Positions 24,301 to 36,400 of a DNA stretch of 64,000 bases are shown here, one piece after another. The position numbers and the translations under genes were made by a program. Within the stretch, counting starts at the first letter, position 1; every line of letters starts with the position of its first letter. The notes beneath the pieces were generated by a model. That model did not search any database, was not told where the DNA came from, and worked only from the letters and a program-made list of their open reading frames with translations. Origin of the DNA: Bilabrum cf. latius (lineage: Eukaryota); assembly GCA_965178125.1 (NCBI GenBank), contig OZ237776.1:1-64000 (forward strand), given 5' to 3'.

Positions 24301-26927
24301 GACACATGCTGGCTAGTGCGACCAAGACCGCCGCCGTGCGACCGAGGGGTGCGACCCTGCGGGCTGCGGCAGCGCGGGGCGACTGGCGCGCTGCAGTTCT
24401 CGGCTCTGCAGCCGCAGTGGCAGCCAGCGAGCGGCTTCACGCGGGGGGGGTCTGCCACGGGGACTGCAAGGGGGACAACGTGCTCCTGTACTGGAGACAC
24501 CCCCCCATGGTGGGGTCAGAGGGGGCCCCTGGGTCCTCTGTCCCCGGGGCGGGGTACAGCAGGGGGGAAGCCGCCACGGCCCGCGACATCTCTGGCAGCC
24601 TCCATCTGCCGGCGGGCGTGTCCCAGGAGCAAGGCATCGGGTGGGGGCCCAGCCAGTCCTCCGTGGGGCGCATGAGGGCGTGGAGCAGCGCGGGGGCACC
24701 CCCTGGGCCGAACCCCGGGGGTGCGGGGATTTCCCCTGAGATATCGGGGTAGGTTGGACCCCCGTCGGGGTCGAGCGGACCCGGACACCCCAGCGTGCTG
24801 CAGCTCGGCAGCCATCGCCCTCCCGCCGCCGACACGCCTCCGCCGCGGCACCGCATCGCGATGAGGTCGCACTCGTCACGACGCTTGATGCAACACGAAT
24901 CCGCCGAGTCTGGGGCGGGTAGCAGCGTGGCGGGAACGGTGGACACCCTGAGCCGCCCCCACCACGGGGACAACCACCAACCCGAGGACGAGCGCGTCCC
25001 CGTTGCGGGGGCGGCGTGGATTGACGCGGGCGAAGCGGCCGTGGATCTTCGGTGGGCCGCGCTGTACGAGACGCAGTCCCTGGATTCCGGATTTGGTGTG
25101 ACGAGTGAGGACTTGCGGGCGGCGTCCAAGGCCGCCGCAGCCGCCGCTGAGCCCGGTGTGCTGCTGCCCCCCTCGGCGCTGGCCTGCATCGCCTGGCACA
25201 GTCGAGAGGGGGCCCGGGGTGCTCTGGCTCTGCAGGCCCCGGAGGTGCTGATGGCGGGGGCGAGGGGTCCTCTGGCGCAGGCAGTGACTGCCAGCCGAAG
25301 AGACAGGGAGGGTGCGGGAGGCAAGGGCCAGGGCGGGGTACCGAAAGGGGTGCTGCAAGCGATCGGGGCCGGGGGAGAGCGGTCTGGCCTCGATTTGTTC
25401 TCTTTCTCGCCGATGGTGCTGGCCGGGTTGGGCCCCTACAGGCTCGCCAGGCGGCTGGGCTGCGTGCCTGGCCAGCTGCCCGTGGCACTCAACGGACACA
25501 TGGGCATCAGCGGTGCGGCCATCGTTCCCGTCCCCGTGCTGGCAGACCGGTGGGCCCTGGGTCTGCTGCTGCTGGAGGCCGCACTCGGGGGAACACACCC
25601 GCTGGCGCCCGCGATGCTGGCGGCTGATGTGACGAGTGGAAGGAACGTTCGTCGGGTTCCCTGGCTGGAATCGGACGACAAGTCGCCGGGTGCCGGCCTC
25701 GCAGGGAGCAGCGGAGCCTCGTCCGCTGTGGTGCCCAGGCTGCATGCTGTACATGGGGGTGCGCGGGGGCGGGTCATCAACCGAGGGGGCGGAGGGGGCG
25801 GCGGTGTGGCTGGCAGGATGCTGCGGCTGCGGGCCCGTGACACGAGCTTCGAGGTGGGGGCGGCGATGGAGAGCGTGGGGGTGAGCGGGGCGGGGCTGGG
25901 GGACCTGGAGGCACCCCTGGGGGAACTGGGGGACACACCACCAAAGAGTCGGGGTCTTGCGCCCCCGCCGCCTACGGTGTCTCCATCCAACAAGGGCAGT
26001 GGTGGTGGGGGCGGGGGGTTCGGCGGCGGGGGCCTGCTTGATTTCCCCCAGCTGTACCTTCGGGCCACAGGGGCGGGGGGTCAGCACGGGTGGGGGGTGC
26101 CTAAGCTGCTGACCCCAAGGTGGGGGCAGGGGCTCGGAGGGATCCAGGTGGTTCAGGGGTAGTCTCCTGGCATGGGGCGGCGTGCCAAGAACGAAGATGA
26201 AGATGGCGCCGCGCTGCTCCCGTTCCGTCGGCCCGCGGGCGGAGTTGGCCGTCGGTCGGTGAACGGCTCTATCAGTCGCAGCTGCGGTGATTTCCTGGCT
26301 CGTCTGTCGTTCTCCCGGGGCAAAGGCGGCGACATGGCCGGGCTCGGGTTCGGTCTGGATGAGTCGGGGGGTTCTTCGGGGGGGTTGAGGGGGGGGTCGG
26401 GGGAGCGAAGCGGGGGCTGGGGGCAGGGTCAGGAGCAGGGCACGGGAAAAGATGGAGGCAATCCAGTAGACGAGGAGGATGGAGAGGAAGACGATGCCGC
26501 CACTCCACTGCAGCTTCTTCCCCCAGTGGCAATGGAGACACTTCGGGCCACTGCAAGAGTGGCGGTCCGTGCCCGCAGGCAGGGTCTCCTCCCGTGGGAG
26601 GCGGGGCCCATGACGGAGGCAGGGCTGGTGCGTGGCATCCTGACAGCGGCCAGGTCGCTCACTGCTCGACACCCGGCTGCGAGGGCCCCTCTGCTGACTG
26701 CGGTGGATCTGTGGCACTGGGCGTGGAGGACTGGGGCAGGGGATAGGAGGAGGGATGGGGATGGGGATGGGGATGGTGGGGTTGTGCAGGGTGGCAAGGG
26801 TACAGCAGGTGACAGGGGCAGCGAGGGGGCGGATGGGCTGCATCTGTAGAATCATGTTAGCGAGGCATCGGGGTCTGGAGGCGGGGGGGGGGATGAGGGC
26901 TGGTTGGGAGGAGTGCATATGACGTAA
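9390..26927 (+). CDS. Giant (~5,845 aa) low-complexity protein with a C-terminal, insertion-split Ser/Thr kinase domain
   Basis: Twelve listed ORFs (10236 to 26849) share one frame and are separated only by TAG. The frame has no TAA/TGA from 9213 to the TAA at 26925, and contains 22 in-frame TAGs. Kinase motifs in order: LGAGAFGTV (~23410), LAVK (~23740), HGDCKGDNVLL (~24455), DAG (~25023), APE (~25236), DRWALG (~25545). The start is simply the first ATG and is uncertain. Confidence 0.8.
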
Positions 26928-27488
26928 AGATCGGAAATGGTGGTAATTGGAGGTATTCACAGAATTGATAGCCACATCCGGGATTGCCTGTAGGCCTAGT
27001 AGCAAGTCGTGTCTATTTCCAGTGAGTCTCAACCTTTTTTTTTGGACGCCTTGCCCTCTGCACTACAAGCCATTCTTTCCGAGTGCCATATTTTGTGTAT
27101 TGTCCCGCTAGTGGTGCAATCCTATCCGAAAAATAAACCTAAGGGATAACTTCTAGTCTTTACAGCCGAATGGGGTTCGGTATTGGTGGGGTCGCAACCA
27201 GTTCGTGCGACCAAGCCAACGGCTTGCTTTGCGAAGAGGTGGGCATTTCTCGTTGATGTGATAAGGGACGCAGTTTGACTTTTCTTCACTGCGTTCGGGA
27301 GAGGGACGCAGTTTAACATTTGTCGCTGTCAACCCTCCCGACCCACTCAAGCAGCATCTAGTTTCAATCGAATTGCAAACTTTTAACAATAAGGCGATTG
27401 TAACGTGATACAGCCTGAAAGACATTATTTCAAGAAACAATGCAAGCAAATGATGCCCACGGAGGCTCGACTTCAGAAGGCTCTTTAT

Positions 27489-30400
27489 ATGCCTTATAGA
27501 CTCTTATGTTTAATATTGATCGCCTCCGTCGGCTTGTAGCAAAGCGTACCCTGGCCGGCCCGGTAAGTTCTGTCGCATAGCATTGTAGCGTCGGTCAACC
27601 ATGTGCCTTCATGCATGATCGAAGATACAGTGGGAACAATCGCAAATTGATCTGTGTCAGTCTGCAAGTGCACTGCACACTCCAATGTATGGATCATCCG
27701 CACCGCAGATATCCTCCCTTTGCAAGACAGCCCAAAACACGGAAACTCGAAGAGTCGCATTTATCGCGCAATGATGGAGAAATCCAAGGTTGGAACAAAA
27801 TATCTACCATGTATGGTAGCTTTGCAGGCGAACTCAGTGATCAAGACGAGTTTGGAAGTTGCATCGCGGCGCTGGGCGACCTGGATGGGGATGGGGTAGG
27901 AGACATTGCTGTCGGGGCCCCACGAGACGACGATGGAGGTCAAAATCGTGGGGCAGTATGGGTTTTATTCCTATATTCTAATGGAACAGTGAGAAGGCAC
28001 CAGAAAATATCGGATATAGAAGGGGCTTTCACGGGGCATCTGGACAACGCGGACCATCTCGGCAGGTCTGTGACATCGCTGGGCGATATGGATGGCGATG
28101 GTGTGGCGGAGTTAGCTGTAGGCGCGCATTTAGATGCCGATGGCGGTTTTGCACGAGGCGCGGTGTGGATCTTGTTTCTGAGATCCGACGGCACGGTGAA
28201 GCGGCACCAGAAGATCTCTGACACTGAGGGAGGCTTCACTGGGTAGCTGGACGATTCGGATGACTTTGGCACTTCTGTTGAACACACGGGCGATCTGGAC
28301 GGCGATAGGGTACTGGATATGGCCGTAGGCGCACCCTATGATGATGACGGATGCGATGAGAACTGTGGCGCTGTGTGGATCCTGTTTCTACGTGCTAACG
28401 GAACGGTTCGAATACATCAGAAGATATCCCAACTCGAGGGCGACTTCTTTGGCGAGCTGGACGATCAGGACTGGTTCGGATATTCTGTAGCTTCGCTGTC
28501 CGATCTCAATGGCGATGGGGTGGCGGATCTGGCTGTGGGAGCTCTGAATGATGATGATGGCGGTAGCAATCGGGGTGCAGTTTGGGTGCTGTTTCTGCAC
28601 TTCAATGGCACTGTGAGGAGTTATCAGAAGATCTCCGACACGGAAGGGGGTTTCACGGGGCAGTTGGATGATCGAGACAGTTTTGGCTCGTCTGTTGCAT
28701 CTTTGGGCAGCTTGGATGGCGATGGTGTAGTGGACATTGCTGTAGGCGCAGAGAGAGGTGATGACGGTGCATCTGGGAACGACAACCGTGGTGCAGTGTG
28801 GGTGCTTTTCTTGAAATCGGATGGCACGGTGGAACGGCACCAGAAGATATCCGACACGGCGGGATCATTTTCGGGGCCCTTACGAAGCTTTGACTACTTT
28901 GGTTCATCTGTGGCATCCGTTGGCGACCTCGATGGGAACGGCGCGGTGGACATAGGTGTTGGGGCAAAATATGACGATGACGGCGGGTCTGGTGATACCA
29001 ATCGAGGCGCGGTTTGGATGCTGCAGCTCCACAGCTCAGCTCGCAGCGTCTTCCCCGTGCCTGTCCTCAACGGCACCTACACCATCGATCCTGCCCTGCT
29101 GCAGGACCCGTGGAGCACAGGCACAGAGGCACACCAAGTCAACGGATCCATGTACTCTGCCGCATCCGCGACCGTTTCCACCGACAACAGGAGAGTCGTC
29201 CTCACCCAGATGGGCTGTGCTTCCTCCAGCGCCACGCTGCCCCTCGGATACCTACAGGGCAGCGTGCGGGTGCAGCTGCCGTACAACTCGAGCATGAGTG
29301 GGACAGAGGCGGAGGAATTCTACTTCATGCTGGTGGCTGGCGGGCGATTGCTGGACTCCCATCGGGGTGTATTCCCCGTCAAGCGAGTGGCGTGGGCTGA
29401 TCTGTACGCAGAGGGACTCAACGGTACTATGCAGGTGGACCTGCTGCTGCGATTCTGGCCCAGGAACGCGAACGTGTACGGGTGCGACGGCAGGGCCCCT
29501 CACCTGCTGGCTGACCTCCCCTTCCTTACGACGTCCTGCGGGGGCCCGGTGGTGCAGTCGAGGTGTGCCATGGTGACGAGTGGGACCAACTCGATCGAGG
29601 TGCGCCTGGAGGAGGACTCTATCCGGGGGTGGGCTGTAGCTCCTAAGGGCTTTTTGAATATGTCACTGGTGGATGTAAGCGACGATCAGGTGGTGTTTGA
29701 GTTCGGCAATGTGCCTTGTGTTAGTCTAGATGGCTGTCTTGTTGAAGGCTCTACCTGGGACGCATCGTGCGATCGTGTTGTGGCACTGCCGGGTGACAAG
29801 GCAGAGTGCATGATCGACCAGAATGGGGATAATAAGCTTGAGCTGGGATCTGGTGAAGGTGGCAGCGTGTATCTACAGCGAGGGACGGGGCCGCATGTGG
29901 AGCTGCGGACTTGGGTGCAGAGTGACGGTACTGTGAAGTGGCACCAGAAGATCTCCAGTACGCAAGGGGGCTTCACGGGGTAGTTGAACAATGAAGATCG
30001 ATTTGGTATATCTGTTGCATCTCTGGGTGACATTGACGGCGATGGGGTATAGGATATGGCCGTGGGGGCGGGTTTGGATGATGACGGTGCATCTGGCCAA
30101 ACCGACCGTGGTGCGGTATGGATCTTGTTCTTGCAATCGGACGGCACGGTGAAGCGGCACCAGAAGATCTCCGACACTCAAGGGGGCTTTACGGGGCAGC
30201 TTGACATTTCAGATGTGTTTGGCGGGACCGTTGCATCTCTGGGTGACATTGACGGCGATGGGGTATAGGATATGGCCGTGGGGGCGAATTTGGATGATGA
30301 TGGTGCATCTGGTGACAACAACCGTGGTGCGGTATGGATCTTGTTTCTGCAATCGGACGGCACGGTGAAGCGGCACCAGAAGATCTCCGACACTCAAGGG

Positions 30401-33400
30401 GGTTTTACGGGGCAGTTGGACGATCACGATTGGTTTGGCAATTCACTTGATTGTTTAGGCGATCTAGACGGTGATGGGATATAGGACATGGCCGTGGGGT
30501 CACTTTTCGATGACGATGGGGCACCTGGTGAGAACAACCGTGGTGCAGTGTGGATCTTGTTCTTGCAATCGGACGGCACGGTGAAGCTGCACCAGAAGAT
30601 CTCCAGTACGCAAGGGGGCTTCACTGGCGAGCTGGACAACGGTGATTTTTTTGGCGTATCTGTCGTATCTCTAGGGGATCTGAATGGCGATGGGATATAG
30701 GACATGGCTGTGGGGGCACATGAGGATGATGACGGTGGGATTAACAGAGGTGCGGTGTGGATCCTGTTCTTGCGATCCGATGGCACGGTAAGGCGGCATT
30801 AGAAGATCTCCGACACTCAAGGGGGCTTTACGGGGCAGCTGGACGATGATTATAGGTTTGGCCGGTCCGGTGCATCTCTTGGCGACCTTGATGGCAACGG
30901 AGTACCGGACCTGGCTCTAGGAGCTCCACAGGATGGAACTAACAGAGGCGCGGTGTGGATTCTATTCCTGCGATCGGATGGAACTGTGCAGCGGCATCAG
31001 AAGATCTCCGACACGCAAGGGGGCTTCACTGGCGAGCTGGACGATAGTGATTGGTTTGGCTTTTCTGTCGTATCTCTGGGCGACCTAAACGGCGATGGGA
31101 TATAGGATATGGCAGTGGGGGCACAACTAGATGATGACGGTGCGAGTGGCGATAACAACCGTGGAGCAGTGTGGATTCTATCGCTCGCCCCCGTGATAGA
31201 CCCCTCCAGTATCCCACCTGCCCATCGACTCCTCCCCGTCCCTGGCACTGCATCCAGGCCATCCTCGACATCCCCTGCCTGTTTGGAGGCCTCCATCGGG
31301 AGCCTGCAGGCCAGCCAAGGAACGTTCATTCTCATGGAAGGCGAATCCCTGCAGATGGACAAACAGGCGGGCACGGACCCAGGGACGGGGCATCACAGCT
31401 GGGTCAGCATGGGACGGCTGCATGTCAGGGTCGGAGCATTGAATGGATCGGATGCACCTGCTGTTGATCGATCTCCCGCCGGTATGGAGCTGGTCCTGGA
31501 CGGGAGTGCCGTGTGCTCGCTGGGGTCTCTGGGCGCGGGGGATGGATCTGTGTCAGTGCTGGTGGGGGATGCATCGAGGGGGCAGCTGTGGGTGAGTCGG
31601 CTGGGGACGGGCACAGCGGGAGAGAGAGCGGATGACGATGGGGCTGCGGGTGCAGGTTGGACGACTCTGCCGACTGTGGTTGTATCCAATACGACGATTG
31701 CCCGCGGGCCCGTCTCCCTGGGTGCATCGGTGGCGTACCTGGGCCGGTCGATACTCGGCCCCATGCGGCTGCATGCCCCCGTGGTGGCGGCGGGGGCACC
31801 TCAGCAGGGCGAGCTGCACCTGCATGCACTGCATCTAGTGACAGCCAACACCACCAGCAGCAGCACTTCTAACCCGATAACTGCCTGGAATGGGACCAGG
31901 ATCGCTTTGATATCGTCTGTCACGGGTGCAGCTGGCGACAGCTTCGGGGCATCGCTCGAGTACCTGGGCCCAGTGCGGGAGCAGGGGCAGGGGCAGGGGC
32001 AGGGGCAGGCCACGAGCGAGGTGTCGATGCTGGTGGGCGCGCCTGACTGGAGGGACCTGTCGCTGTCGGGAGAGGACAGGCGGTTCGGGGCTGTGGTGCT
32101 GCTGCACCTGGCTGTGGGCGAGACCGAGGCCGGGGCAATGACCATGTCCCTTTCTGACCACCTGCTGCTGTCTCCTGCCCTGATGCCGCTGCGGCTGGCC
32201 GGGCACTGGCCGGGGCAGTTCGAGCGATCCCGCTTCGGGGTCTCGATCGAGCTGCTAGGCTTTGGAACAGACCGCACAATGGACGTGTTCGTGGGTGCCC
32301 CTGGCTTCAACGACTCTGCAGGGGCCGTGATGCAACTGCGGGTGGATCTCAGTGGCCGGCTGGGCCCGACCCAGAACTCGTCATCGGAGGCAGTTGCCGT
32401 GCTGAGCTCGGAGCGGGCAGAGGCTCCTGTCCCCGCGGGCGTGGGGCCCGGCTGCGAGATGGGTGCCGCACTCGTCACACTGGTTGCGACCAACGCGTCC
32501 ATCAGCGAGCAGGAGGTGCACCTGCTGGTGGCATCGCCGGGGTGTGGGGGGCGCGGGCTGGTGGCGTACAGGGCCAACACCACGGGCCTGCACTCGAGGC
32601 CTCCTTGGATGCTGCCCGTGTCACAGGCGCAGTTTGCCTCGCTGGACTGCAGCAGCGAGCAAGCGCTGTGCAAGGGGCTGAATGAGAGTGTGGTGGGCGA
32701 TGGTATGGGTGCAGCTGCCTTGTCTTTAGCAGATGCCACGGCTCTCGGGGCTGCCTTGGATGAGGCTGATGCGGCATCCAGTTGGGGTGGGGGCGCGTTG
32801 ATGCGGCATGTGGCGCAGGCCGGGTGCTTTCTGTCCCGGGGCCGGCTGGGCGTGGTGGCGTCTGGTGGAGCTGTATCAGTCGGCTAGGGTGGTGTGGATT
32901 GGGCGGGGTCGGCCAGCGGCTGTTTGCCTGTCTATCCCGGTGGTGCAAGCGATGGACTGGCAGTGGTGACCAGCCGTGCAATGCACCTGCCCCGTCCATC
33001 GGAGCTCGGCAGGGTGCAGGAGCTGGGGCACGTGTGGGCAGGTGGACTCAGGTGTCCCACGGCCAGCGCGCATGCCATCGATGCAGGGGCGCGGACCGTG
33101 CTGGTGTGTACCCCGGAAAAGCCCCTGCTGCCGGGTCTGGCCGAGGTGCAGGTGCACCTGCCTGGGGCTGATGGTGGCAGTGGAGGCGGGAGCGGCGGGG
33201 CACTGACGGTGTCGAGCGATGACCCGGCGGGATGCGAGCTGGTGCTGCGTGAGCTGGCCAGCGGGCAAGCCATCGCGGGTGCGCCCTCGGGGTCTGGCAT
33301 GGTGCTGTGTGTGGCAGTGGGCATGCAGGGGGCACTGAGGGTGCAGAGCGGGAGCAGCTGGCCGGCGAGTGTGGGGGCCGGCGGGACTCTGGTCATGGAC

Positions 33401-36400
33401 GTGCGGGGGGCGGGCTGGGGCTCTGGAGGCGGGTGGCATGCGAGTGCCCTTGCGCCTGTGGACCGGCTCGGATCCACGGGTGGATTGATCGACCGATGGA
33501 CTCTGCTAGAGGCAGCCGATGTGACTCCTCTGCGACAGCAAGTCACCGGCTCGCTGGGCCCGTATCGATGCGATGGCAATCTGACGGCTGGATCGATGGG
33601 GTCCTCGCTGCAGTGCACTGCACCTGCAGGCATGGTGGGTGGCCCTGCGTCCCTGTCGATGCACCTGCCCGGGCTGTCCTGGCTGGACACTGCCTCGATC
33701 GTGGTGGAGGACAGCGGGTCTGAGCCAGCCGGCAACGCGTCCCAGCTGCAGCCCGCGTGGGTGGATCTGCCGCCTCCCGTGGTGCAGGCCGTGGAGCCTC
33801 CCAGCGTGGATGCGACCGCGCTGATCGAGAGCGAGGTGAGCGGCACCAAGTTCAACCTCACCCTGCGTGGGACTTCACTCGTCACACCTGACATGAAGGT
33901 GCACGTGGGGGCGGTGTATCTGGGCGGGCAGCGGTGCGACCCGCTGGTGGTGCAGTCTGCCACTGAGCTGCGGTGCTCCGTGCTGCCTCACCTGATGCAG
34001 TCGGACGAGGTGCGCGTGGTGTCGCGGTCCCTGGGGGCGGTGAATGCGGCGGTGGAAGCAGACGGTGCAGCAAGGGCGCAGAGACACGCCCGGGAGTGGA
34101 GGCAGCTGTCGTCTGACCCGAGGGAAGGCCTCGAGGCGGGCGTGTGGGACAGCAACGTGGATCCGCCCCATGTGGTGGAATGGACGTCCAACCAGCTGAT
34201 GGCCCGTGTGAATCCCAGGGTGCTCGGCTCCAACCCGTCACTCGTCAGTCCCAGGGGGGGACAGGTCGTGCAGCTGGTGGGGATCCAGCTGGGCGCGTTG
34301 GGGGGCGGGCTGATCGACCGCATTGACGTGGACGGGGCGCCGTGCGCGAATATGTCCGTTGAGTCCGACTTCGTGGTGCAGTGCACGCTGACGGCCAGTC
34401 CAGGGGTAGAGGGGGTTGTGTCCGTGCACACTCCCTGGGGCAAAGTGTACCCCAGCTCTGCCGGCGTGGTGCGGTTCCTGTCTCCCGAGATCGAGTCGGT
34501 GGTGGTTGACCCTGACACGATCTTCAACGACCTGGGGTCTTCCTACAGAGTGACCGTGCGGGGGCAGCACTTCGGGTCTGCTCGGACAGGCGGCAACGGC
34601 ACCTCCCCGCGGATGGTGATCTCGGGCAAGGAGTGTCCCGTGGTGCGCGTGCTGAGCGACTCTGAGATGGAGTGCGAGGACATCGGGCCGGAGTGGACGC
34701 CCGGCGACTTTAGCGTGCGGGTGCTGCTGTCGGGGCGGGAAGCAGTTGCCCCGACCGCGTTTCAGTTCCAGCCCCCCGTGCAGGTGCAGGCCGCGTCACC
34801 CGAGTCAGCGGATGGCGTGCCTGAGGGGCGGTTGTCTGGCGATGGCGGGTGGATCGTGATCGAGGGCAACGGGCTGGGCAACAGCGTGGACACGATCGAC
34901 AGGGTGCAAGTGGGGCCGTACACCTGCACTCAGCTCGAGATGCTGGCGCCTGCCACTCGGCTCAGGTGCCTGTTGCCTCCGGGGGTGGGCACGGGCCACA
35001 GGGTGCAGGTGGTGTCGGTGCGAAACGGCGAGAACTCGATCGACACCGCGCCTGCCGTGGACTACGCCGCCCCTGTGATCACCCGAGCCACATTCGCGGG
35101 AGGCCCAGACCCGGGCATGGCAGGCATGGGCCGTGTCGCGAGCACCAACGGGAGCGATGCAGCCGGCTCCAGCAACAGCAGCAGCAGCGGGATCAGCAGC
35201 AGCAGCAGCAGCAGCACGTATCCCCGTGCAGCGGCCTACCTGCTAGAGAGCGGTCTGGAGCTGCTGCTGGACGTGACCCACGCGGGTGCATCCCTGACTC
35301 AGTGGGACGGTGTGACGAGTGACGGTGCCGGCGTGATACGGTTGGACGGGCAGGGGTGGAACGCCTCGTGCACCAACGCCACCGTGCGCGGCACACGGGC
35401 CAGCGAGACTTCCCCGCAGGAGAGCGTGATTGTCAGGGTGCAGTGCACGGTGCTGGACTGGCGGGCAGCCACAGCGGCTGCATCGGCCCAGTCGCCCGAG
35501 GATGCGCTCCAGCTGGTGTCCGTTCACTTCAGCGTCGGGGGCCAGAGCGCCACGGGGCAGCTGGAGGACGAGGTGCAGGAGTCGAGTCTGCTGCAGGCCG
35601 AGTCTAGCCCGGGCGGGACGGTGCTGCTGGTGGGTCGGCCGGTGGTGCAGGTGCTGAGCCCTCGTCTGTTTCCGTCCAACGGCAGCGCGGATGCGGTGCT
35701 GGCAGGGGCAGCGAGACGGGCCCAGGTGGCGCTTGGGTCGGCCACTACTGCCAAGCAGGAGCTGGATGCTCTGCTGGAGCGGGCAGGGGTGGGCGCAGCA
35801 GCGGCATCCAGCGGTCGTGCGTCTGAGGTGCTGGATGCGGCCGATGTGGGGTAGATCGCTCGCACGCTGGTGGGCGCGCCTTCGTCTGCTGGGCTGCTTC
35901 AGATCCGTGGGGAGGGGCTGGGAGTGGCTCCGTGGGCCGTGGATCGTGTGGAGGTGGGCGGTGTGCCATCTCGGGTGGTGATGTGGGTGTCTGACACTGA
36001 GTTGCTGGCCTACTGCGAGCCTGGGGTGGGCGTGGATGTGCTGGTGGAGGTGCACACGCTGGGCGGGAGCTCTGAACAGGACCAAGGCGATGATGCACAG
36101 CTGCAGCCGCAGCAGCAGCAGCAGCAGGACGACTTCACGCAGCTGTCCACGCAATCCACCGTCAGCTACGAGCGGCCGCTGGTGGAAGAGATCCTACCGC
36201 CGTACAGCCTCACTGGTCCCCAGGTGTCAGCCGATTTCACGGTGCGCGGGGTGCACTTCGGATTCAAGCAGTCCGACGTGGAGGGTGTGACAGTGGGCGG
36301 GCGGCCCTGCAGTGCAGTGCACCTGGTGTCCAGCACGGAGCTCCTGTGCACCGGCGTGAATGGGACCAGCTGGCCCGGCGGGGCCGTGGTGGAGGTGCAG

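Noticed and set aside
28244-31105. UAG as pyrrolysine, leucine or programmed leaky read-through
   Set aside because: Repeat columns pair TAG with Gln codons (HQKIS, FTGQL). Up to 22 TAGs per gene with no shared downstream context is incompatible with leaky read-through.
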